Of a stretch of DNA of 64,000 nt, positions 27,520 through 38,995 are shown in pieces. Origin of the DNA: Isurus oxyrinchus (Eukaryota). The position numbers and the translations under genes are program-made. Each line of letters starts with the position of its first letter. Position 1 is the stretch's first letter. The stretch is from positions 57,474,001 through 57,538,000 of the forward strand of contig JANJGN010000013.1 in the NCBI GenBank assembly GCA_026770705.1, given 5' to 3'. The notes beneath the pieces were generated by a model. It had not been told where the DNA came from. It was given only the letters and a program-made list of their open reading frames with translations, and searched no databases.

Positions 27520-28860
27520 AGAGCAAATGATAAAATAAGGATAATAGTGAGAAAAGATCTTGGCTTCGAAAATCAGGAAGTAGAATCAATATGGGTGAAG
27601 ATTAGGAATAACAAGAGACAGAAAACATTGGTGGCTGTAATTTATAGACCTCCTAACAATTGTTATACCATTGGTCAGAGCATTAAGCAAGAAATAATTG
27701 CATCTTGTAACACAGACAATGGAATAATCAAGTTAGCATACAGGTACAGCAAATAATTAGGAAGGCAAATGGAATGCTGGCCTCTATTGAAAAGGCAATG
27801 GAGAATAAAAGTAGGGAAGTCTTGCTACAACTGTACAGGGTATTAGTGAGACTGCATCTATAACACAGTGTACTGTCTTGGACTCCTTTCTCAAGAAGGA
27901 ATATAATTGTATTGGAAGCAGTTCAGAGACGGTTAACTAGGCTAATTCCTGGGATGAAGGGATTGGCTTATGAGAGAAGGTTAATCAGTTTAGGCCTGGA
28001 CTTGTTGGAGTTTAAAAGAATGAGAGGTGAACTTATTGAAACACATAAGGTTCTGAGGGGGCTTGACATGGTAGATATCAAGGGGATATTTCCCCTCGTT
28101 GGGTAACCTAAAACTAGGAGATACCGTTTAAAAATAAAGGGCCTCCCATTTAAGGTGGAGGTGAGGAGGAATTCCTTCTCTTAGAGTGTCATTAATCTTT
28201 GGAATTCTCTTCCCCAGAGAGCAATGGAGGCTGGGCCATTGAATATATTCAAGGCTGTTTGTCAGATTTTTGATCTACTAGTGAGTCAAGGGTTTGGGAG
28301 CGCAGGTGGGAAATTGGAGTTAAGGCCATAATCAGATCAGCCATGATGTCATTGAATGGTGAGGCAGATGTGAGGGGCTGAATGATCTATTCCTGCTACT
28401 ATTTCTTATGATCTTATGGGGAATGAAATGTTATGTAACCAACTAGGGATCAAACTATTTTAGGCCTAATGTTGTGAAATGAGACAGATTAATTAGTAAT
28501 CTCATAGTAAAAAATCTTTTGGAAAAAAGTGATCATAATATATTTGTATTCCATATTAAATTTGTAAGTGACATATTCCAGTCCCAAACAAGAATCTCAT
28601 ATTCAGCTGAAACCAATTACATAAGTATTAGGGGAAAGCTGGCTAAGGTTGATTGAGTAAATAGACTAAAAGGTATGGCGGTAAATAAAGAATGGGAAAT
28701 ATTTAAAGAAACAATACAAAATGCTCGACAAAAATGCATTCCATTAAAAAAAAACTCAGTAAGAGATATCCATCTGTGACTTACCAGGGAAGTTAAAGGT
28801 TGTATTAGATTAAAAGAAGAGGCTCACACAGTTGCAGAGAATAGTACTAAACTAGCCAGC
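27520..28860 (+). mobile_element. CR1 fragments (endonuclease region with a nested 3' fragment)
   Basis: VESIWVKIRN..VIYRPPN and ORF 27912..28106. Confidence 0.85.
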
Positions 28861-29134
28861 AATGACTACATCCCATGAATGAATAAAAAATATATATACT
28901 ATAGCAAATTTACAAAAGATAAATAGTAAATAATATTTTAACCGACAAATGATATCTCAATTTCTACAATATTCCTTTGCAACAAGAAACATATTTAACA
29001 CTTTTGCTATTTGTTTATCCAAATTAAAAAACTTGTAAATCACAACACTTAGGAATGTTTTACTCTATTCCATGTGTCATAATTTCAAATTCAGAATCAT
29101 TAAGTAGTGATGTTTTAGATTTGAAGTGAATAAA

Positions 29135-31080
29135 TCACAGAATCACAAAACCATAGAATCACAGTGCAGAAGAGGCCCTTCGGCCCATCGAGTCTGCACC
29201 GACACGTGAGAAACACCTGACCTACCTACCTAATCCCATTTACCAGCACTTGGCCCATTACCTTGAATGTTATGATGTGCCAAGTGCTCATCCAGGTACT
29301 TTTTAAAGGATGTGAGGCAACATACCTCCACCACCCTCCCAGGCAGCACATTCCAGACTGTCACCGACCTCTGGGTAAAAAGGTTTTTCCTCACATCCCC
29401 TCTAAACCTTCTGCCCCTCACCTTGAACTTATGTCCCATTGTGACTGACCCTTCAACTAAGGGGAACAGCTGCTCCCTATCCACACTGTCCATGCCCCTC
29501 ATAATCTTGTACACCTCGATCAGGTCGTCCCTCAATCTTCTCTGCTCCAACAAAAACAACCCAAGTCTATCCAACTTCTCTTCATAAGTTAAATGTTTCA
29601 TCCCAGGCAACATCCTGGTGAATCTCCTCTGCACCCCCTCCAGTGCAATCACATCCTTCCTATAATGTGGTGGCCAGAACTGTACACAGTACTCCAGCTG
29701 TGGCCTCACCAAGGTTCTATACAACTCCAACATGATCTCCCTACTTTTGTAATCTATGCCTCGATTGATAAAGGCAAGTGTCCAATATGTCTTTTTCACA
29801 ACCCCACTAATGTGCCCCTCTGCCTTCAGAGATCTATGGACACACATGCCAAGGTCCCTTTGTTCCTCAGAACTTCCTAGTGCCATGCCGTTCATTGAGT
29901 ACTTCCTTGTCAATTACTCCTTCCAAAGTGTATCACCTCACACTTTTCAGGGTTAAATTCCATCTGCCACTTATCTGCCCATTTGACCATCCCGTCTTCC
30001 TGTAGCCCAAGACACTCAACCTCAATGTTAACCACCCGACCAATCTTTGCGTCATCCGTAAACTTATTAATCCTACCCCCCCACATAGTCATCTATGTCG
30101 TTTATATAAATGATGAATAATAGGGGACCCAGCACAGATCCCTGTGGTACACCACTGGATACTGGCTTCCAGTCACTAAAGCATCCTTCTGTAATCACCC
30201 TCTGTCTCCGATAACTAAGCCAATTCTGAATCCACCTTATCAAATTACCCTGTATCCCATGTGCCTTTGCCTTCTTTATAAGTCTCCCATGTGGGACCTT
30301 GTCAAAGGCTTTGCTGAAATCCTTATCAACTGCATTACCCTCATCTACACACCTGGTCACCTCCTCAAAAAATTCAATCAAACTTGTTAGGCATGACCTC
30401 CCTCTGACAAAGCCATGCTGACTATCCCTGATCAAACCTTACCCCTCCAAGTGGAGATACATACTCTCCTCCAGAAATTTCTCCAATAGTTTCCCTACCA
30501 CTGATGTGAGACTCACTGGCCTGTAGTTCCCTGGCTTATCTCTACAGTCCTCCTTAAATAGCAGAACCACATTAGTTGTTCTCCAGTCCTCCCCTGTGGC
30601 CAGAGAGGAATTAAAAATTTGGGTCAGGGCCCTTGCGATCTCTTCCCTTGCCTCCCTTAGCAGTCTGGGACACAAATCATCCGGACCTAGAGATTTGTCC
30701 ACTTTTAAGCCTGCCAACACCTCCTATACCTTGTCACTCCCTATATCAATTTGCTTCAGAACCTCACAGTCTGTCTCCCCGAGTTCGATACCTTCATCCT
30801 CATTCTCTTGGGTGAAGACGGACGTGAAGTATTCATTCAACACTCTAGCGATGTCCTCTGGCTCCACCCATAGATTGTCCCCTTGGTCCCTTATGGGCCT
30901 ACTCTTTCCCTGGTTATCCTCTTCCCATTGATATAAGTGTAGAATATCTTGGGATTTTCCCTACTTTTACCAGGCAGAGCTTTCTCATATCCCCTCTTTG
31001 CTCTCCTAATTGTTTTCTTAAGCTCCACCCTGCACTGTCTGTACTCCACTAATTTCTCTGCTGTTTTGCTTCCCTTGTAC
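29135..31080 (-). mobile_element. CR1 LINE, RT through 3' end
   Basis: ORFs 30439..30720, 30073..30435, 29910..30092 and 29230..29913 in collinear order. Confidence 0.95.
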
Positions 31081-32299
31081 ATACAAATAAAATTTGTCTT
31101 TTGTAAATGTATGGATAACCTGTTATTCTGAAACCAATAGGATAATTTTGGCAGTTCACAATTTAAAATGAAGAAAAATTCCTTGATGCTGGAATGTTCT
31201 TTAGGGCCATGCAGCTGAAGGCCAATTGTGGAGCAATTAAAATCAAGGACTGAAGAGGCCAGAATTAGATAAGCATTGATACCTCGGAAAGTTGGAGACT
31301 GGAGGAGCTGGCAGAGAAAGGGAGCGACGAGGCCATGGAGACATTTGAAAACAAGGATGAGAATTTTAAAATCAAGCCATTGCTTAACTGGGAGTAATTC
31401 AGCCAGCATAGGGGGGATGGTTGAATGGCTTGGTACGAATAAGGACACAGGCTTCAGCATTCTCGATGACCTTAAGCTATGGAGGTAGAAGGTAGGAGGA
31501 GACTATCCAAGAGTGCACTGGAATAGTCATGTCTAGAGGTAACAAAGGCTTGGATGAGGATTTCAGCAGCCAATGAGCTGAGGCAGGTGTGGAGTCGATG
31601 ATGTTACAGAGGTAGAAATAGATGTTCTTAGTGATGGCGTGGACATGTGATCAGAAGCTCTTCCTCTTTTCATTAATTTACGGGATGTGGGCTTCGCTGG
31701 CTGGGCCAGAATTTATTGTCCATCTCTAAATGCCCTTGAGAAGGTGCTGGTAAGCTGCCTTCTTGAGCTACTGCATCCACTGTAGTGTAGATACACCCAC
31801 AATGCTGTTAGAGAGGGACAGTGAAGGAATGGCGATATATTTCCAAGTCAGGATGATGAGTGGATTGGAGGGGAACTTCCAGGTGATGGTGTTCCCATCT
31901 AGCTGCTGCCCTTGTCCTTCTAGATGGTAGCGGTCGTGGGTTTGGAAGGTGCTGCCTAAGGAGTCTTGGTGAGTTTCTGCAGTGCATCTTGTAGATTGTA
32001 CACACTGCTGCTACTATTCGTCAGTGAGCAACTATGACACCAACATTGCAAACTGTCTGGTACAGCCTTAGACAGCTACCATGAAGAGGAATAGAGTTGG
32101 TATCTAAGGAACAGAGTTTGTATTGGGGACTGAAGACAATAGCTTCAGTCTTCCCAATATTTAATTTTGGAGAAAATTTCTGATCTTCCAGTATTGGATG
32201 TTGGACAAGTAGTCTGATAAATTAACAACCGTGGAGGGGTCAAGAAAGGTTGTGTAAGGTGGAGCTGGTTGTTGTCAACATACATGTGAAAGTGGATAC

Positions 32300-35200
32300 A
32301 AGGTTGGAATTTACTGAGCCAGCTGGTGGTGGGTGTAATAGGTGGCGTGTGCGGGAAATATGGTGCAACCTTCTTCACGATGGCGTGAAGGCAGCTCACA
32401 ATTGTCTGTGCAGCCTGCTGATGGCGGGCTGCGTTTCCCGCCATCGGTCAGCAGGAAGCTAATTGTAATACATCAACATTCTATGGTTCTATGGTTCATA
32501 TAATTAAAAGGCCATCCCGCCAGGCCCTTGGAATCCCGCTGCATCGTCCTCCACATCAGCGGGAAAGCACGCTGACGTATTTTGCGCTTGGCGGCCTTCA
32601 TTTTGGGGGAACTGAGGTGAGTGAGCAGCAGTGTTCTCCACAGCTCGCCTGTTGTTTCCAGGCCACAGGGGCGCTGGGGCCGTGGGGGGGTGGGGGGGGG
32701 GCGGGGGGGGGGGCGGGGCTGATGTCTGGACCCAGCGGCAACTGCTGAGAGGCGGAGTGTCTGGGGGCAAGGGCTGGCCAGCCTCTGAGGCATTTGCTGA
32801 GGTGGGGGGTAGGGGGGGTGGTGGGTGGGGGGTGGGGTGGGGGGTGGGGGAGTGGTGTTCAGGGGCAAGAACTGGCCAGCCCGGAGGTGACTGCTTGAGG
32901 TGGAAGGGTGTCTGGGGGCAAGTGTTGGCCAGCCTCAGAGGTGACTGCAACTTGGTGGAGCAAACCATCGGGATGTTGAAGATGAGGTTCTGGTGCCTGG
33001 ACTGGTCTGGTGGAGCCCTGCAATACAGTCCGCAGAGGGTGTCATGCATCATCATCACCTGCTGCACCCTTTACAACCTGGCACTCCAACAGGGAGAGGA
33101 GCTGGCTGAGGAGATGGAGGAGCTGCACATCTCCTCAGATGAGGAGGGCATTGGCAGGGATGAGGGTGAGGAGGTCCTTGGAGGCGACGATGATGGGGAT
33201 GAGGCCCTTGCACTGGCCAGATGAGGCAGATGCACTCAGGAGGCCCTCATGGCTGCTATATATGTGGAGGATGATGATGACATGCAGTGAGGTGTCCCCA
33301 TAGATCCTCACATCGCAGTTGTAAACATTTGAATTCTGTCTGGCTTATGGCAACGTGAATACCCTCTGTGAGAATGTTCCTGTCATGGGGACACAGTGGA
33401 GGCCCTAATAGTTGCTCGAATACAGGAGGATGAAGACAACATTCAGTGAGGACGCTCCATAGATCTTCACATAGCCTCTGAGAATGTCTGACTCCTGTTT
33501 GACAGAGGGCAGTTCACTTGTGCTCTGTGATCAAGGCCATCTCAGAGACACAGCCATGGAACTTTAGATGTGTCAGATGCTGTGTCCACCTTCACCACCT
33601 CAGCCCTTCAGGAGCTGGTGCACAGCATCACTGGTCGCAGATGCTGGTGTGATGGGGGCCAGCCCCATCTCAAATGTCCTGAGAGACACAGAGAGAATGA
33701 GAGAACTCTGTGGCACCTGCCCACTACATTCTGGCAGCAATGACCAGCACTGCCAAGGTGCAGGCATCAGTAATGTTTCCAGGGAGTGTGAGGCTGGACC
33801 ATCACTTTGGTCTGAAGGCTGCACAGAGCACAGGGAAGAGGCCCTGGACTGAGGCACTGCCATTTATTTTGCACAGAAAGCTTTCACATCTGAGTGACAA
33901 GAACACTGCTCATCAGAACAAGGAGCCATTGACAATAGTGAACAATATGTACAAGTAATCAAAACCTGTGCCCAGGCTGTGCAACGACTCTTACCTAACT
34001 TTCCTAACCCTGCCACTATGTCTTGGTGCTCCCCGGACATCCACAGAGGAGGTGGAGGCAGCCTGTTGACTGCAAAGCACTGTCTGTGATGACTTTGGTG
34101 GGCGTCTTCTGGGGGGGCCCCAGCTTACTTTTGGGATCCTGCTGTGTAGCAGTGGCACCCTCGGCCTGTGAAGCCGGAGCTGCGAAGGTCACAGGAAGAG
34201 GGGGCTTGGATGGGCCGGACTTTCCCGGAGTCACCTGGGTGGATGGCCCTGGAGTGTGCACCTTCTGTTCCTCCTCCCTCTGGGTGCCCGAGGGCCGCTG
34301 GCTAACTCTGTGAGCAGAAGGGGTAGCTGGAGGGAGATCGAGCTACATGGCACCCCTCTTGCATAACACTGTTGGAGGCCAACTATCGCATCAGTGATGG
34401 AGTTAAGCCTGTGCAGCAGTGCAGGAATGACGTCCTGGACCAAGGTCTCCATGGTGGCCGCCATCCTGCCAGTGTTGGCCTCAGCGGGTTGCAATGCTGG
34501 AGCTATCACCTCAGCCTGGAGATGGACGGTGTCCTCCATCATGCCTTGCAACCTGAGGAGTGCAGCGGACATCCCTTCCTGTTGTTCCCTAGCTTGCCTT
34601 GGCAGTTCCAGCAACTGTGACATGGCTGAGTCCAGAGACTTGTCATCTGACTCGGACTCAGCAATGTTCTGGTCTCCAGCAATCCTCAAAGTGCCAGGGA
34701 CCTGGGAAGTCCCTGCCTCCGCCTGCTGTGGATCAGAAAGTGCGATGTGCTCACCAGATTGTTATCCTAAGGCTACTCTAAAGCTAGGTCCTACCAAGGT
34801 GTGTGTCTCTGCGCTGGTGGAGGGTGAGCGCTGTGCTCGGAACTTCAGGGAGGTGCCTTCAGTTTCTTCTGCAGAGGTTTCTTCAGGGCTTGATTGGAGG
34901 CCCTGGGTCATGGATTCTGTCAGTTGTTTCCCAGATGTGTCTGCGAAAGCTAGGGGAGATCATTAGTGCATGGCAGTGGCCTGTGAAAGAGGACACATCA
35001 CTCACAGCATGGTTGTCTGATGGATGTTGCACTGCTAAATCCTCACTTGGTAGACCACCTCCAACTTCACCATGAGCGCAGGACCGGCCCCGGTCAATGA
35101 CAGCCAGCTGGATGGTTCTGGTTTCGAATTCAATCTCTGGTATCCCTCCACCTGTCTGTGACCTGTTCCTCCTGTTGTGAGCCAGTTTGTCCTGCATAGA

Positions 35201-35905
35201 TAGAGATGGGAAGAGTGTATCAGGATGCCTGCCAGGCCAGATGATAAATGTGCCTGGCCTGTCTGGGTGGTGAGTGGTCCCATGGATGAGATGAGGACAA
35301 TGACGGTGTGTGTGAGAGAATGAATGGTGATGTCCCTTGCACTGGTAGTGAGTGAGGGCCCTGTGGATGTGTGATGGGCTTGTGAGTGTGTGAGGTGGGA
35401 GTGATGAGAAGAGTGACTTATCCTGGCGGAATGGAAGAGATCATTCATCCTTTTGCGGCACTGGGGGGCTATCCTCCTCTGGATGGTGTTTGTGCTGACC
35501 ACCATTGCCACCACCTTCCAAAGCTGGGTTGGTGAATTTGCTGCCCATCCTGTGGCCAGAGCAGGGGTAGAACACATGTTGGCGGGCCTCCACTGTATCC
35601 AGCAGTCACTCGAGGGACCGTCATTGAAGCGGGGGGGTGGGGGCTGCAGTCTGTTTTCCTTTGCTGGCCGTGTCTCCCAGGCAGCGGTGGTGAGCTGGTG
35701 GTGATGAGTGCTTTGCTGGTGGCTGCTTTTTAAAGGTGGTGGCCAGCGTGATGCAACAGCGGGGTAATGGCGTGTGGGTGAATGAGAGCCCGCTCGCCAT
35801 GGAAGCTGCATGTTTCCCAGGGATGAATAAATAATGAGGTGGGCTCGGGAAGACACAGCGTGAAAACCCCTCATTTTCATTGGTGGGTAGGTCCATTTAA
35901 CTGAC
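32300..35905. mobile_element. PIF/Harbinger transposon remnant: DDE transposase C-terminus (+) and convergent Myb/SANT-like gene (-)
   Basis: ORF 32631..33224 VEQTIGMLKMRFWCLD..GGALQYSP..CCTLYN plus an acidic tail (HARBI1/DDE_Tnp_4-like). Minus-strand ORF 35035..35907 PRFND..LWKVVA..QCRKRMNDL. Frameshifted and internally deleted. Confidence 0.88.
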
Positions 35906-36081
35906 ATGTTACCGCACTTAGTGCAATTCTGGGGAACCTCTGCCCATAGTGTTTTTGGAAAATGCTGCTGAGGGATAGCATGAGAAATAGGAGGAGCCCA
36001 AGATAGATCCTTGGGTGATGCCAGGGGTAATGGTGCAGGAGCAGGAACTGAAGCTTTTGCTGGTGATGTTCAGACTATGAT

Positions 36082-38995
36082 AAGAGATTGCTTAAAAGAG
36101 AGGTATGTTGTTGAAGCTTATACATTCCACTCATCAGGACAAATGCAAGAATTCCAAATTTCAATTTATATTGCAGGGGAAGAAGGGTGTTGATTGATTG
36201 GCAAGTTGACTCTGATTCGCTGAGGCTTTGCCATGGAGAAAGCAATGTGGAACTATAGGCTCCCCAAGCCACCAGGTAATTCCAAAAATGTGCAAAGATT
36301 GAACCTTTTTTTTGTTTGCTGAGTCCAGGTCCCTGTGTGTGAATTTATGTCACATCTAGGTACTGTGAATTTCAATGCCAGTGAGATGCCAGGTGCATAA
36401 GCTGTACCTCCCAACGATTGACTCACTGGGCCAAACAATGTTCCTCTGGCTGTTCTTAATAGGTAGAATACAGACCGCTATCTACTAACCCATACTTGCA
36501 AAACCCCAAACAAAATGTCTACCATTAAGATATGATTCTGTGACTGGACAGCACTTGCTGAATAATCTTGAGTGCACTAATAGCTACACTAACAACCAAT
36601 TTAAGATAATCGATCAAGCTCTTAACGTGGCTCATTTATGCTTGCTAGAAATTATATATATTCACACACAGGGACCCGTTCTCTGCAAGCAAAAGGAATA
36701 TGTTCAAGCCTTATGCATTTTTTGAATCACCTGGAAACACAGGGAGCCTCTAGTTCCCCATTCCTTTTTCCATGCCAATGATTCAGCCAATTGGAGTTAG
36801 CTTAGGGACATAGAAGCATGAGTAGGCCATTCGGCCTGTCGAGTCTGCTCCGCCATTCAATTAGATCATGGCTGATCATCTACATCAATGCCACTTTTCT
36901 GCACTGCCTCCATATCCCTTCATGTTATTAGTATCCAGCAATCTGGTGATTTATGTCTTGAAGATGATCAATGATTGAACTTCCACAACCCTCTGAGGTA
37001 GAGAAATCCAAAGATTCACCACCCTCTGAGTGAAGAAATTCCTCCTCATCTCAGTCTTAAATAGCATGCCCCTTAATATGAGGCAGTGTCCCCTGGTTCT
37101 AGACTCACCAGCCAGAGGATATGTCCTATCTGCATCTACCCTGTTGAGTCCTGTAGAATTTTGTATGTTTCAATAAAATCACCTCTCATTTATTGAAACT
37201 CTAGAGAATACAGGCCAAGTTTCCTTAATCTCTCCTCATAAGACAATCCCGCCATCCCAGGGATTAGTCTGGTGAACCTCCATTGCACTCTCTCTATGGG
37301 TAAGTATCCCCTTCCGAGCTGTGTCCCCAGCACTGATCTTTGCAGTACCCCATGAGCAACAGCCTGCCATCCTGAGCATAACCCATTTATTCCTACTCTC
37401 TGTTTTCTGTCTGTTAACCAATCCTCAATCCATACCAGTATAGTACCCCAATCCCATGCGCTCTAATTTTGTTTACTAACCTCTTGTGCAAGACCTTATC
37501 AAAAGCCTTTTGAAAATCCAAATACACCACACCCATTGGTTCTTTATCTCTGCTGCATGTAGTCAAAAATCTCCAACAGGTTTGTCAAACATGATTTCCC
37601 TTTCATAAATCCATATTGACTCTACCCAATCATATCATTATTTTCTAAGTGTCCAGTTATCACATTCTTTATAATTTTCCCCACCACTAATGTCAAACTG
37701 ACAGGTCTGAAGTTCTCTGTTTCTCTTTTCCTCCCTTCTTAAATAGTGGGGTTACATTTGTTACTTTCCAGTCTACAGGCTTTCCAGAATCTACAGAAGT
37801 TTGAAAGTTAACCCCAATGCACCCACTATCTCTCTAAAGCCACCTCCTTCAACACTCTGGGATGCAGCTCATCCAATCCAGGGGATTTATCAATCTTCAA
37901 TTTAAGTAATTTTTCAAGTACTATCTCTATTTTAATACTTTTTTTCAGTTCCTCCTTTCCATAAGCCCCTTGGTTTTCTACTGTTTCTGGGACATTTTCT
38001 GTATCTCCCTCCATGAAGACAGACACAAAGTAATTATTTAGTTTCTTTGTCATTTCCCTATTCTCCATTATAAATTCTCCTGTTTCCACCTGTAAAGGGA
38101 CCCACATTTGTCCTTGCTAATGTTTTCCTTTTCACATACCCTAAGAAGCTTTTACTACCCTCCTTTATGTTTCTTGCTAGCTTGCATTCATGTTCTCTTT
38201 TCCCATTCTTTTTCAGTTTTTTGGTCATCCTTTGCTGGATTCTAAATTGCTCCCAGTCCTCAGGCTTACCACTTATATTCTAAAATAGCCCAATCCCTAG
38301 TTGGTTGTTCAATGTACTGCCCTAGAAACCCATCTCATACACACTCCAGAGGATTTCTGCACTACCTGCCTGTTTTTCTTAGACTGCCTGGTGATCACCA
38401 GGCAACTTCTCTGCCTCCATGCTCCTAACCTGTGGTGTAACCACCTCCCTAAATGTGCTATCCATGTAGTTCTCTGCCTCATGGATGCACCACATTGACT
38501 CCAGCCATCACTTGAGCTCTGAAACCTGGAGCTCAAGCTTCTGCAGCCTGTAACACTTTCTGCAGATGTGTTTGTCCAGGACACATGGTACGTCTATGAC
38601 TTCACATGCCATTGGTTGCACATTCCACTTGGCTGAGCTGCCCTGTCATACCTTATCATTACAAACTATTTATTACATGTAGAATAAGAAGAGTAACTTA
38701 CCAATTATTCCCCAATCAGCTTCTTCCCCTGCACCCAAGTAAGAACCAAATACTGGAGGCTGAAAGGGGTAAAACAAGAAAGAAGCACCTCCTTCTTCTC
38801 TTCCTGTAGCTCTCTCACTCACCAAACTCCCAGCTGCTCACACTGTCAATTCGCATTCTATTAACTTGCCAACCAATCAGCAACCCTTTTCTCCTGTAGC
38901 ATAATTTGCTGTGATCATTTGAAATTTTGCACTCTTGCATTCGTCTTGATGAGTGCAAAATGAAAAGCTTTGGCAACATGTCTTTCTTTTCAGCA
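36082..38995 (+). mobile_element. Second Penelope-like family remnant with inverted termini; CR1 nested at ~36805-38700
   Basis: ORF 36540..36725 (GQHLLNN..LLEIIYIHTQGPVLCKQKE) is a GIY-YIG C-terminus. 36090-36210 is an inverted copy of 38865-38995. Approximate 16-bp TSD atgttcagactatgat / atattcagattatgat. Confidence 0.7.
36805..38700 (-). mobile_element. CR1 LINE fragments
   Basis: ORF 37826..38107 (IDKSPGLDELHPRVLKE) and a CR1 3' UTR at ~36810. The segment 38300-38620 may be ORF1-derived. Confidence 0.8.
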
